64,000 bases of DNA from Clostridia bacterium (GTDB lineage Bacteria; Bacillota; Clostridia; UBA1381; UMGS1253), in contig JAZQCN010000091.1 in the NCBI GenBank assembly GCA_045546315.1, positions 98,035-162,034 on the forward strand, read 5' to 3'. The number at the start of each line of letters is the position of its first letter. Position 1 is the first letter of the stretch. The translations under genes and the position numbers were made by a program. Positions 46,480-55,200 of the stretch are shown piece after piece. The notes beneath the pieces were generated by a model. It saw only the letters and a program-made list of their open reading frames with translations, searched no databases and had not been told where the DNA came from.

Positions 46480-47193
46480 ATGAAAGTATTGGCAATCGGT
46501 AACAGCTTTTCAGTGGACGGCACGCGCTATTTGCATCAGGTTGCAAAAGCAAACGGCACGGATTTAAAGGTAGTAAATTTATACATCGGCGGATGTCCTT
46601 TGCGCAAGCACTATATCAATATACTTGATGACGAAAAGGCATACGGCATGGAATTTAATGGCGTAAACACCGGCTTTAAAGTGTCAATCCGAGAAGCGCT
46701 TGTCAGCGATGAGTGGGATGTAATTACCCTGCAGCAGGTCAGCCATCAGGCACCGTATTATGAGACCTATCAGCCATATTTAGATACAGTTGCCGCGTAT
46801 GTGCGCAAATACGCACCGCACGCAAAGCTCTATATTCAGCAGACCTGGGGCTATGAAAACGGCTCGGAAAGGCTTGCAAGATTCGGCTGGAGCTCTATGG
46901 CAGAAATGTTTGCTTCCGTTGAAAAATCGTACAATCAGGCAGCAGAAGCGATTCAAGCAGACGGCATCATCAAAAGCGGCAAGGCATTGCTTACGGCAGC
47001 GGAACAAGGCATCAAGGTGCATCGCGACAGCTTCCATGCAAGCCTCGGCTTTGGCAGATACCTGCTCGCGCTTGTATGGTACAAGACCTTAACCGGCAAC
47101 TCCGTCTTGGAAAACACACTTGACGAATTTGACGAGCCGATTCCGGAAAATGAAATCGCACTCGCAAAGCAGATTGCAGAAAGCATTGCATAA
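46480..47193 (+). CDS. SGNH-type hydrolase (DUF4886-like), probable carbohydrate esterase, copy 1
   Basis: Start at ATG 46480 (MKVLAIGNSFS), matching the paralog's start. GNSFS (block I Ser) and RDSFHAS (DxxH block V). Confidence 0.65.
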   Translation: MKVLAIGNSFSVDGTRYLHQVAKANGTDLKVVNLYIGGCPLRKHYINILDDEKAYGMEFNGVNTGFKVSIREALVSDEWDVITLQQVSHQAPYYETYQPYLDTVAAYVRKYAPHAKLYIQQTWGYENGSERLARFGWSSMAEMFASVEKSYNQAAEAIQADGIIKSGKALLTAAEQGIKVHRDSFHASLGFGRYLLALVWYKTLTGNSVLENTLDEFDEPIPENEIALAKQIAESIA

Positions 47194-47210
47194 AACGGAG
47201 GTTTTTAAAA

Positions 47211-47930
47211 ATGAAAGTATTAGCCATCGGCAACAGCTTTTCCGAGGACGCTACGCGCTATCTCCATCAGATTGCAAAAGCAGACGGAACGGACCTGACC
47301 GTATTTAATATGTATATTGGCGGCTGTCCGCTGCGCAGGCATTATGTAAATATGCTCTCGGACGAAAAGGCATATATCATCCACTTTAATGGCGAAACAA
47401 TTCCCGGGCTGAAGTTTTCCTTAAAGGAAACGCTCATCAGCAATGAGTGGGACATTGTAACCCTGCAGCAAGTCAGCTGCTTTTCCCCGGATTACAAAAC
47501 CTATCAGCCGTATTTGAACGCACTGACAGAGTTTGTGCGCAAATACGCGCCTCAGGCAAAAATCTATATGCACCATGTTTGGGCATATGCGGATGGCTCT
47601 CCACTTTTAGAAAAATACAACTTCAAATCCGCCAAGGATATGTATGAAAAGGGTAAAAAGGCGTACGCAAAAGCGGCAAAGGCAATTCACGCCGACGGCA
47701 TCATCCACAGCGGTGACGCAATGCAGGCGGCGCTCAAAAAGGGCATAGAAAAAATCCACCGCGACACCTATCACGCGACCTACGGCTTTGGCAGATACCT
47801 GCTCGGTCTTGTGTGGTACAAGACCTTGACCGGCAAATCTGTTTTGGAAAACACCTTCGCGGATTTCGATGAACCGATTCCGGCAAAGGAAATTGCTATC
47901 GCAAAGCAAATTGCAGAAAAAATAAAATAA
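47211..47930 (+). CDS. SGNH-type hydrolase (DUF4886-like), probable carbohydrate esterase, copy 2
   Basis: GGAGG RBS. MKVLAIGNSFS and RDTYHAT motifs. About 60% identical to copy 1 by eye. Confidence 0.65.
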   Translation: MKVLAIGNSFSEDATRYLHQIAKADGTDLTVFNMYIGGCPLRRHYVNMLSDEKAYIIHFNGETIPGLKFSLKETLISNEWDIVTLQQVSCFSPDYKTYQPYLNALTEFVRKYAPQAKIYMHHVWAYADGSPLLEKYNFKSAKDMYEKGKKAYAKAAKAIHADGIIHSGDAMQAALKKGIEKIHRDTYHATYGFGRYLLGLVWYKTLTGKSVLENTFADFDEPIPAKEIAIAKQIAEKIK

Positions 47931-47933
47931 TAC

Positions 47934-47970
47934 AAAACAACCGCAATCGTGTGATTGCGGTTGTTTTTTG
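47934..47970 (+). terminator. Rho-independent terminator after the DUF4886 pair
   Basis: AAAACAACCGCAATC-GTGT-GATTGCGGTTGTTTT followed by a T-run. Confidence 0.75.
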
Positions 47971-48002
47971 TTTTTAGTTAATGATACGAAAGCCGGGAAA
48001 TT

Positions 48003-48256
48003 GTTTGCCTGTATCCGGGCAATTCCCTTTCTGCGAAAGCCGGTAAAATTGTTCGAGATGCGCAAACCGAACCGCAGACCGCGTGCAAAGGCGTACTTTT
48101 GTACGGCGAGGGCGAGGTTTGCCTGTATCCGGGCAATTCCATTTCTGCGAAAGCCGGTAAAATTGTTCGGGATGCGCTAACCGAGCCGTTAGGCTGTGCC
48201 CGAAGGCGTACTTTTGTACGGCGAGGGCGAGGTTTGCGTGTATTCGGGCAATTTTA
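48003..48256. repeat. Tandem repeat, ~114-bp unit, about 2.2 copies
   Basis: Units start with GTTTGCCTGTATCCGGGCAATTCC at 48003 and 48117, and with GTTTGCGTGTATTCGGGCAATTTT at 48232. Both ends of the unit are conserved and a ~25-nt central segment diverges. A partial copy lies at 47985-48002. Confidence 0.85.
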
Positions 48257-48267
48257 ACGCTTTCGCC

Positions 48268-49281
48268 TTAGTCTTCGTAGCCGTTTGGATTATTCTTCTG
48301 CCATCTCCACGAGTCGCGGCACATATCCACTACGGTCTTTTTTGCGCTCCAGCCAAGCTCACGCGCTGCTTTGGTTGCATCGGCATAACACACGGTTACA
48401 TCGCCGGGGCGACGCGGTGCAATTTTATAGTTAATCTTTAAATCGTTTGCTTCTTCAAAGGCGTGTACCAAGTCAAGCACACTGTAGCCGACGCCGGTAC
48501 CGAGGTTGTAGATTTCAACGCCGTTTTGCTCGTCGAGCTTATCGAGCGCCTTTAGGTGACCGTCGGCAAGATCCACAACATGGATGTAGTCGCGCACACC
48601 GGTGCCGTCCTTGGTCGGGTAATCGTCACCGAAAATGCTCAGCTGTGCAAGCTTGCCGGAGGCAACCTGCGTAATATACGGCATTAAGTTGTTCGGGATA
48701 CCGCGCGGATTTTCGCCGATTTTGCCGCTCTCGTGTGCACCAACCGGGTTAAAGTAGCGCAGAAGTGTAATCTTCCAGGTGTCATCCGAAACACAAAGGT
48801 CGGTTAAAATCTGCTCAATCATCAGCTTGGTCTGACCGTACGGGCTGTTTGCCGAGGTCGGCAAGTCCTCTGTCAGCGGCATCTTATCGGTTACACCGTA
48901 AACGGTTGCAGACGAGCTGAATACCATCTTTTTAACACCGAACTCACCCATAACCTCTAAAAGACAGAGTGTGCCGGTGATGTTGTTTTCATAATACTTG
49001 AGCGGAATTGCTACGGACTCACCTACAGCCTTTAAGCCGGCAAAGTGAATAACCGCGTCAATCTTATGCGCCGAAAATACCTTGCGCATGCCATCCTTAT
49101 CTAAGATGTCACACTTGTAGAAGGTTGCCTTCTTGCCCGTAATCTCTGCTACGCGCTCCAAGGACTTTTCACTGCTGTTGGAAAGGTTATCGATTACAAC
49201 CACATCATGCCCTGCCTCCAAAAGCAGCACGCATGTGTGCGAACCGATGTACCCTGTTCCGCCTGTTACCAATACTGTCAT
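48268..49281 (-). CDS. galE: UDP-glucose 4-epimerase
   Basis: GGTGYIGSH Rossmann motif and SPYGQTK (YxxxK). Confidence 0.93.
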   Translation of the reverse strand: MTVLVTGGTGYIGSHTCVLLLEAGHDVVVIDNLSNSSEKSLERVAEITGKKATFYKCDILDKDGMRKVFSAHKIDAVIHFAGLKAVGESVAIPLKYYENNITGTLCLLEVMGEFGVKKMVFSSSATVYGVTDKMPLTEDLPTSANSPYGQTKLMIEQILTDLCVSDDTWKITLLRYFNPVGAHESGKIGENPRGIPNNLMPYITQVASGKLAQLSIFGDDYPTKDGTGVRDYIHVVDLADGHLKALDKLDEQNGVEIYNLGTGVGYSVLDLVHAFEEANDLKINYKIAPRRPGDVTVCYADATKAARELGWSAKKTVVDMCRDSWRWQKNNPNGYED

Positions 49282-49316
49282 ATTTATCCTTCCTTTCCTG
49301 TTTCGCTCATACCTAC

Positions 49317-49346
49317 AGTATAATACATTGTCACGATTTTGACAAT
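49317..49346 (-). promoter_or_regulatory. galE promoter overlapped by a 7-6-7 palindrome
   Basis: The minus strand reads TTGTCA-17 nt-TATACT. ATTGTCA-N6-TGACAAT (49327-46) covers the -35 and spacer. Confidence 0.5.
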
Positions 49347-49349
49347 ACC

Positions 49350-49808
49350 TTATTTTTGCGTATCTATGTGCTCTAAAAGTCCGCGCACGCCTGCGCTGAC
49401 CTCGCGATATGTTGTTTCAAAATCGCCCGTGTACCACGGATCGTCGATATCTTTAGGCGCATCGGTAAAGTCCAGAAGGCGGCAAACCTTGTGTGCGTCA
49501 TCGTTATCCGCAATCCGCAAAATGTCTTTGACATTTTCCATTTCCATACCGATGATATAATCAAATTCCCTGCAGTCCTTTTTCGTTAAAAGCACAGCAC
49601 GCTTTTTTGAAGGGTCAATCCCCAAGCTTAAAAGCACCTCGCGCGTACCGCGATGCACGCCGTTGCCGATTTCCCAGGTGCTCGTTGCGGCAGACGCAAT
49701 ATAAAATTCATCTGCACGCCCGAGCTTTTCTACTAAATCGCGCATTAAAAACTCCGCCATCGGGCTGCGGCAGATATTGCCTAAGCATACAAACATAATT
49801 TTCGTCAT
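49350..49808 (-). CDS. Low-molecular-weight protein-tyrosine phosphatase
   Basis: Start at ATG 49808 (MTKIMFVCLGNICRSPMAE) after AAGGAGAG. CX5R(S) P-loop and a DP motif (DDPWY). Confidence 0.9.
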   Translation of the reverse strand: MTKIMFVCLGNICRSPMAEFLMRDLVEKLGRADEFYIASAATSTWEIGNGVHRGTREVLLSLGIDPSKKRAVLLTKKDCREFDYIIGMEMENVKDILRIADNDDAHKVCRLLDFTDAPKDIDDPWYTGDFETTYREVSAGVRGLLEHIDTQK

Positions 49809-49821
49809 AGCTTTGCTCTCC

Positions 49822-50160
49822 TTAGTATCCGTATTCTGCCAAAAAATCACGCAAAGTATCTAAAAATGCTTCTTCACCGAAGGTATTGATTTTAAACAGC
49901 ACCGCTTGGCTGCCGCCGGTCGCAATTGCGCTGATAAACAATGCATCGTCTTTGCCAAGCATCGTTACGCTCAGACTGACACGATTGCCGCCCATTACAC
50001 TGTAGCGCTCAAACACACGCACAGCACAGCGCACATCGCCTATACATTTGTCTGTTTTTTCCTCCAGGGTTGCGGAGCTGCTTGCCATCAAAACATGCCG
50101 CTCCATTGCCTGCAGCACACGGTCAAAATCCCCGCAAAAGCTATGTTCAAGCTTTGCCAT
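49822..50160 (-). CDS. Small conserved hypothetical protein
   Basis: 112 aa with an AAGGAGGG RBS 12 nt after the polC stop. No TM helix or signal peptide. I recognise no functional motif. Confidence 0.6.
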   Translation of the reverse strand: MAKLEHSFCGDFDRVLQAMERHVLMASSSATLEEKTDKCIGDVRCAVRVFERYSVMGGNRVSLSVTMLGKDDALFISAIATGGSQAVLFKINTFGEEAFLDTLRDFLAEYGY

Positions 50161-50172
50161 AAAACACCCTCC

Positions 50173-53100
50173 TTAAAAATCAAAGGTCAGCTGACTGCTT
50201 TCCTTCATACCGATAAAGCAGCCGTTACGCTCCAGGGTTTCCACAGCCGTTTTCGGAATTTTCGTGCGCGTAGTGAAGTCCTCGATTGATGTGAATTCAC
50301 TCTCCGCGCGCGCTGCGGCAATCGACTCGCCGATGGCAATACTGATGCCGGGCAAGCTCGAAAGCGGCGGCAGAATTTTGCCGTTTACCGGCAGGAAGTT
50401 CTTTGCATCGGATTTATACAAATCTATCGGCAAAAATTCAAACCCGCGCGCATACATTTCGCGCACCAGCTCCATTGTCGTATACAAATCCGACTCCTTC
50501 TGCGACGGCTTTTCCATCGCCTCAATCGTGTGCATTGCATCTTTCAGCGGGCCGGGGCCCTTGCACATCATTTCCGCATCGAATGCACCGAGCGCACGAA
50601 TCGAAAAATACGCACTGTAGTATTCCACCGGCATATGTACCTTAAACCATGCAATGCGGAACGCCATCATCACATAGGCTGCAGCGTGTGCCTTCGGGAA
50701 CATATATTTAATCTTATTACACGACTCGATATACCATTCCGGCACATCGTTTTCGCGCATCAGTGCTTCATCGTCCTTTGTAAGCCCCTTACCCTTACGC
50801 ACCTTCTCCATAATGGTAAACGAATCCTGCGGCGGCAGACCCATATGAATCAAATAAATCATAATATCGTCACGCGTACAGATGGCTTCCTTCAGCGTAA
50901 TCGTGCCTTCGCGGATATAGTCCTGCGCGTTGTTGAGCCATACATCCGTGCCGTGGGACAGGCCGGAAATTCTAAGGAGCTCCGAAAACATCGTCGGCTC
51001 GGTATCGACAAGCATCTGGCGCACAAACGCCGTACCGAACTCCGGCACACCAAAGGTACCGACCGTCGAGCCAATATCCTCCGGCGTAACGCCAAGCGCC
51101 TCTGTGCTGCCAAATAAGCTTAAGGTTTTCTTATCGTCGAGTGGGATGGTTTTTGCATCCTTACCCGTCAAGTCTTCAAGCATACGGATAACCGTTGGGT
51201 CATCGTGGCCGAGAATATCGAGCTTTAAAAGGTTATCGTGGATGGAGTGATAGTCAAAGTGCGTTGTAACAATATCACTTGTCGGGTCCTCCGCCGGATG
51301 CTGTACCGGCGTAAACATATGAATGTCCAGATTCTTCGGGCAAACAATAACGCCGCCCGGATGCTGACCGGTTGTGCGCTTTACGCCCGTGCAGCCAAGC
51401 GTGATGCGGTTAATCTCCGCCGAATGTACAACCTTCGAGCGCTCCGCAAAATATTTCTTTACATAGCCAAACGCCGTTTTTTCCGCAATCGTACCGATGG
51501 TACCGGCGCGGAATACATACCCCTCACCGAACAGCTCCTCGGTGTATTTATGCGCAACACTCTGGTACTCGCCGGAGAAGTTTAAATCGATATCCGGCGC
51601 CTTGTCGCCCTTAAAGCCCAGGAAGGTTTCAAACGGAATATCGTGACCGTCCTTTTTATACAGCTCACCGCACTCCGGGCAGTATTTGTCCGGCAGGTCA
51701 CAGCCGGAAATACCCGAGCCGTCGCCGTTAAACTCGCTGTGCTTACATTTCGGGCAGATGTAGTGCGCCGGCAGCGCATTTACCTCTGTAATGCCGGTCA
51801 AAAACGCAATCAGCGACGAGCCGACCGAGCCTCGCGAGCCAACCAGATACCCGTCCGAGTTGGATTTTTTCACCAACTTATGCGCAATCATATACATCAC
51901 GGAAAAGCCATAGGTTACGATGGAGTGCAGTTCCTTTTTGATGCGCTCCTCCACAAGCTCCGGCAGCGGGTCGCCGTAAATTTCCTTTGCCGTTTCATAG
52001 CTCATGCGGACGATATCCTCCTCCGCGCCCTCAATGCTCGGCGGATAAGTGCCGTCCTTCACCGGCTGCAAAACCTCTACCATATCGGCAATTCTATTCG
52101 GGTCTTCAATGACCACGCGGTATGCCGTCTCCTCGTCCAGATACGAAAATTCGTCTAACATTTCGCGCGTTGTACGCAAATACAGCGGCGCCTGGAAGTC
52201 TGCATCATCAAAGCCCTTGCCCGCCATCAGCACGCGGCGGTAGACCTCATCGTCCGGGTCGAGAAAATGTACATCGCCCGTTGCAACCACGGGTTTACCG
52301 TGCTTGTCGGCAAGCGCGATGATTTTTTTGTTGACCTCTTCTAATTCTTTTCTCGACTGCACGGAGCCGTTTCGGAGCATAAATTCATTATTCCCGAGCG
52401 GCTGTACCTCGTAGTAATCATAAAATGCGGCAATCGATTCAATTACATCCGCACTCTTGCCGCCGAAAATCGCCTGATACAGCTCGCCCGCTTCGCAGGC
52501 AGAGCCGACAATCAAGCCCTCGCGGTATTTGTTGATAATGCTCTTCGGCATACGCGGCTGACGGTAGTAATAATCAAGATTCGAAGCGGAAATCAAGCGG
52601 TACAGATTTTCCAGACCGACATAGTTTTTCGCCAAAATGATAATATGGTTCGACGGCGCCGCACGCACATCAATTTCATCGCCGAAGGCATCGTTAATCT
52701 CACCGATGCTCTGAACGCCGCGCTTTTCAAGCATATCCAGAAGGTGCTTAAAAATCTCTGCCGTCGCCAGCGCATCGTCTACGGCGCGGTGGTGGTTTTC
52801 CAGCTTCACCTTCAGATGCTTTGCAATAATATTGAGCTTAAAGCTCTTTAATTCCGTCAAAAGCTTTCTCGAAAGCTCTAAGGTGTCTATATAGGTATGC
52901 GTAAAGTCTTTACCCATACGCGCGAGTCCCGCACGGACAAAGCCCGTGTCAAAGCCTGCATTGTGCGCCACAAGCACACTGCCCTCGCAGTATTCCATAA
53001 ACTTTTTAAGCGCCTCTTCCTCCTCCGGCGCATCGGCAACCATAGCATCCGTAATGCCTGTTAATTCCACAACCTTTTGCGGAATGCTCACCGGCGGATG

Positions 53101-54177
53101 TACAAAGGTGGAAAACGAATCGTAGATTTCGCCGTCAACAACCTTAATCGCGCCGATTTCCGTGATATAACACTTCTCCGCCGACAAGCCCGTGGTTTCC
53201 AAATCGAACACGACAAAGCTGCCCTTTAAGCTGCCGTTCTCGCCGCCGACCACAATCTGTGTGCTGTCATCGACCACATAGCCCTCCACGCCGTAAATCA
53301 CCTTGATATCATTGTCCTTTGCTGCCTTCGCCGCTTCCGGAAACGCCTGCACCACGCCGTGGTCCGTAATGGCAATTGCCTTATGCCCCCACTTTGCGGC
53401 ACGCGCAATCAGACTCTTTGCCGAGGATACGCCGTCCATCGCGGACATCTGTGTATGCACATGCAGCTCCACGCGCTTTTGCGGCTCGTTGTCTTCCTTG
53501 ATGCCCTCCTTCGGCAGCTCGTTAATATCGTTGACAAACAAAACATAGTCACCGGAGTATTTATCGTATACAATATCGGCATTCACAGCAATGTTGACGC
53601 CCTTCTTTAAGCGCTTTTCAATTTTTTCCTTTTGCGGTGTCGGCTTGGAATAGCCACCGCCTGCGCGGTCGCCGCGCATCGGCACATCGCAAAACATCTT
53701 AATGGTAATCGAGCTTTTCTTATTCGTGATATCCGCCGTTACAATCCATGCTCCGTCACGGCGCTGCTTAAAGTCCACCGCAAAAATCTCGCCGCTGGTG
53801 CGCACGCGCCCCAGCTCCGGCACAATTTCCTCCAACGGTATAAGCTCGCCCTTGATTTTTTTGCCGACAATAATTTCGCTCGGCCCCTGGCCTTTGCTTT
53901 CACTTGCGAGCTTGCGCAAAATCTGCGCCTCCATCTCCTGCGCGTGCTTTTCGGCAAGCGTCAGCTCCTGTTCCATATAACGCACCAAAGCATCGCTGAG
54001 CTTAAACTTCTGCTTAAAGCTTTCCGCAATCAGCCTTGCCTGTGCCGAATCGTTTCTGCCGGCGCCGCTGAGCAAAATATCCATCACGCGCGTAGACTTA
54101 TTTACATTGATTCGCTCAATTTCAATTTCCAATATTTCTTCCGGCGCATCCGGAAAAATTTCTCTGATTTTCGTCAT
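50173..54177 (-). CDS. polC: DNA polymerase III PolC-type (alpha subunit with intrinsic 3'-5' exonuclease)
   Basis: Start at ATG 54177 (MTKIREIF) after GGAGAGG. Exo motifs FDLETTG, HNAGFDTGF and HRAVDDA. PHP and polymerase core throughout. Confidence 0.93.
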   Translation of the reverse strand: MTKIREIFPDAPEEILEIEIERINVNKSTRVMDILLSGAGRNDSAQARLIAESFKQKFKLSDALVRYMEQELTLAEKHAQEMEAQILRKLASESKGQGPSEIIVGKKIKGELIPLEEIVPELGRVRTSGEIFAVDFKQRRDGAWIVTADITNKKSSITIKMFCDVPMRGDRAGGGYSKPTPQKEKIEKRLKKGVNIAVNADIVYDKYSGDYVLFVNDINELPKEGIKEDNEPQKRVELHVHTQMSAMDGVSSAKSLIARAAKWGHKAIAITDHGVVQAFPEAAKAAKDNDIKVIYGVEGYVVDDSTQIVVGGENGSLKGSFVVFDLETTGLSAEKCYITEIGAIKVVDGEIYDSFSTFVHPPVSIPQKVVELTGITDAMVADAPEEEEALKKFMEYCEGSVLVAHNAGFDTGFVRAGLARMGKDFTHTYIDTLELSRKLLTELKSFKLNIIAKHLKVKLENHHRAVDDALATAEIFKHLLDMLEKRGVQSIGEINDAFGDEIDVRAAPSNHIIILAKNYVGLENLYRLISASNLDYYYRQPRMPKSIINKYREGLIVGSACEAGELYQAIFGGKSADVIESIAAFYDYYEVQPLGNNEFMLRNGSVQSRKELEEVNKKIIALADKHGKPVVATGDVHFLDPDDEVYRRVLMAGKGFDDADFQAPLYLRTTREMLDEFSYLDEETAYRVVIEDPNRIADMVEVLQPVKDGTYPPSIEGAEEDIVRMSYETAKEIYGDPLPELVEERIKKELHSIVTYGFSVMYMIAHKLVKKSNSDGYLVGSRGSVGSSLIAFLTGITEVNALPAHYICPKCKHSEFNGDGSGISGCDLPDKYCPECGELYKKDGHDIPFETFLGFKGDKAPDIDLNFSGEYQSVAHKYTEELFGEGYVFRAGTIGTIAEKTAFGYVKKYFAERSKVVHSAEINRITLGCTGVKRTTGQHPGGVIVCPKNLDIHMFTPVQHPAEDPTSDIVTTHFDYHSIHDNLLKLDILGHDDPTVIRMLEDLTGKDAKTIPLDDKKTLSLFGSTEALGVTPEDIGSTVGTFGVPEFGTAFVRQMLVDTEPTMFSELLRISGLSHGTDVWLNNAQDYIREGTITLKEAICTRDDIMIYLIHMGLPPQDSFTIMEKVRKGKGLTKDDEALMRENDVPEWYIESCNKIKYMFPKAHAAAYVMMAFRIAWFKVHMPVEYYSAYFSIRALGAFDAEMMCKGPGPLKDAMHTIEAMEKPSQKESDLYTTMELVREMYARGFEFLPIDLYKSDAKNFLPVNGKILPPLSSLPGISIAIGESIAAARAESEFTSIEDFTTRTKIPKTAVETLERNGCFIGMKESSQLTFDF

Positions 54178-54249
54178 AGCCTCTCCTATATTTTCTTCAT
54201 ACTGCACAGCACAGCGGGGCGCGCACCTGCGCCCCGCCGATTTTTTGTT

Positions 54250-55200
54250 TTATTCCGCCACCGGTGCAATGTTGAGCACAACCTCAACCTCAGCATCCTT
54301 CTCATTTAAGAACACATAGCCTGCCGGAAGCTCCAACCGAATCTTCGTTTTGCGCTTATCGGTCTTCAAGCCCTCCACATCCACGGCTTCGGTAAGAATA
54401 CGCTCAAGCTTTTCTGTCGTGCTGCCTTTTAAAACGACAACCGCCTTTTCCGGCTCGCTCTGTGCAGAAACGACCTTATAGCCCTCTGCCGGCGTACCGC
54501 TGAGTACAACCTCAATCGGCACCTCCAGCTTTTCAGCCTGCATAAGCTTCACCCCGATTTGAGTGTTGTCCGGTCTCAGGCGATTCGCACTGATGTCCAT
54601 CTCTTGCCCTTCGGCATCTTTAATAATCAAATCCTTATACATCAGCTTGCCGAGATTGCCTTTTTCGATATCTGCCTTTTCAAGGCGTACATACGCACCG
54701 CCGATTTGCAAAATCTTTGACTGCGGCCCCACAATTTTGACATTCGCCGTTTCAAACTGTGCTTCAATGAGCTTGCGCTCCTCTTCCGTAATCTCCTCGG
54801 AAAATTCCACCTGCAACGGATGGGAGGCTTTGCCTTCCTTTTCCAGATTTACAGGTATTTCTTTTTTCATATCCTGCACCATAATGCCACTCGACGGTAC
54901 TGCAGCAAGGCGGCAGGTGCTCGTTTCCGGATCAATTTCACCGGTAACCGTAACTGCCTCGGCTTTGATAATGTAAAGCAGCTTGCCGGTAATCTTCACA
55001 TCGACGGTAAGCGGCAATTCCTCCTTCAGATAGTTGCCGCTCTCCTCCAGTGCCTCCTGATTTAAAATACGCACCGGAACACTGCGCAGCCAACGCGTTC
55101 TGTCCGGATTTTGCGTAAACATCACGGCGCACCAGAGCAAAACCGCAATTAAAATCGAATAAATCTTCCACGCTGTATCAGAGGTTAAAAGCTTTTTCAT
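54250..55200 (-). CDS. cdaR: YbbR-domain protein CdaR (CdaA regulator)
   Basis: N-terminal TM helix followed by repeated YbbR-like beta domains. The start overlaps the cdaA stop (TAATG). Confidence 0.75.
   Translation of the reverse strand: MKKLLTSDTAWKIYSILIAVLLWCAVMFTQNPDRTRWLRSVPVRILNQEALEESGNYLKEELPLTVDVKITGKLLYIIKAEAVTVTGEIDPETSTCRLAAVPSSGIMVQDMKKEIPVNLEKEGKASHPLQVEFSEEITEEERKLIEAQFETANVKIVGPQSKILQIGGAYVRLEKADIEKGNLGKLMYKDLIIKDAEGQEMDISANRLRPDNTQIGVKLMQAEKLEVPIEVVLSGTPAEGYKVVSAQSEPEKAVVVLKGSTTEKLERILTEAVDVEGLKTDKRKTKIRLELPAGYVFLNEKDAEVEVVLNIAPVAE

Noticed and set aside
47968-48180. A 70-aa ORF with an internally repeated peptide (FACIRAIPFLRKPVKLF).
   Set aside because: The repetition only mirrors the 114-bp DNA tandem repeat. 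There is no RBS, the ORF begins inside a terminator tail, and the reading frame is not preserved into the third copy.
48003-48256. Possible CRISPR array.
   Set aside because: The units are ~114 bp rather than 24-40-bp repeats with unique spacers. There are only ~2 copies, the variable cores are related to each other, and no cas genes are present.
53632-54309. A 225-aa plus-strand ORF opposite the polC N-terminus. Similar long antisense ORFs occur at 617..1234, 3053..3736, 9380..10123, 16149..16841 and 18708..19316.
   Set aside because: These are all shadow frames of well-supported genes, with no independent signals.
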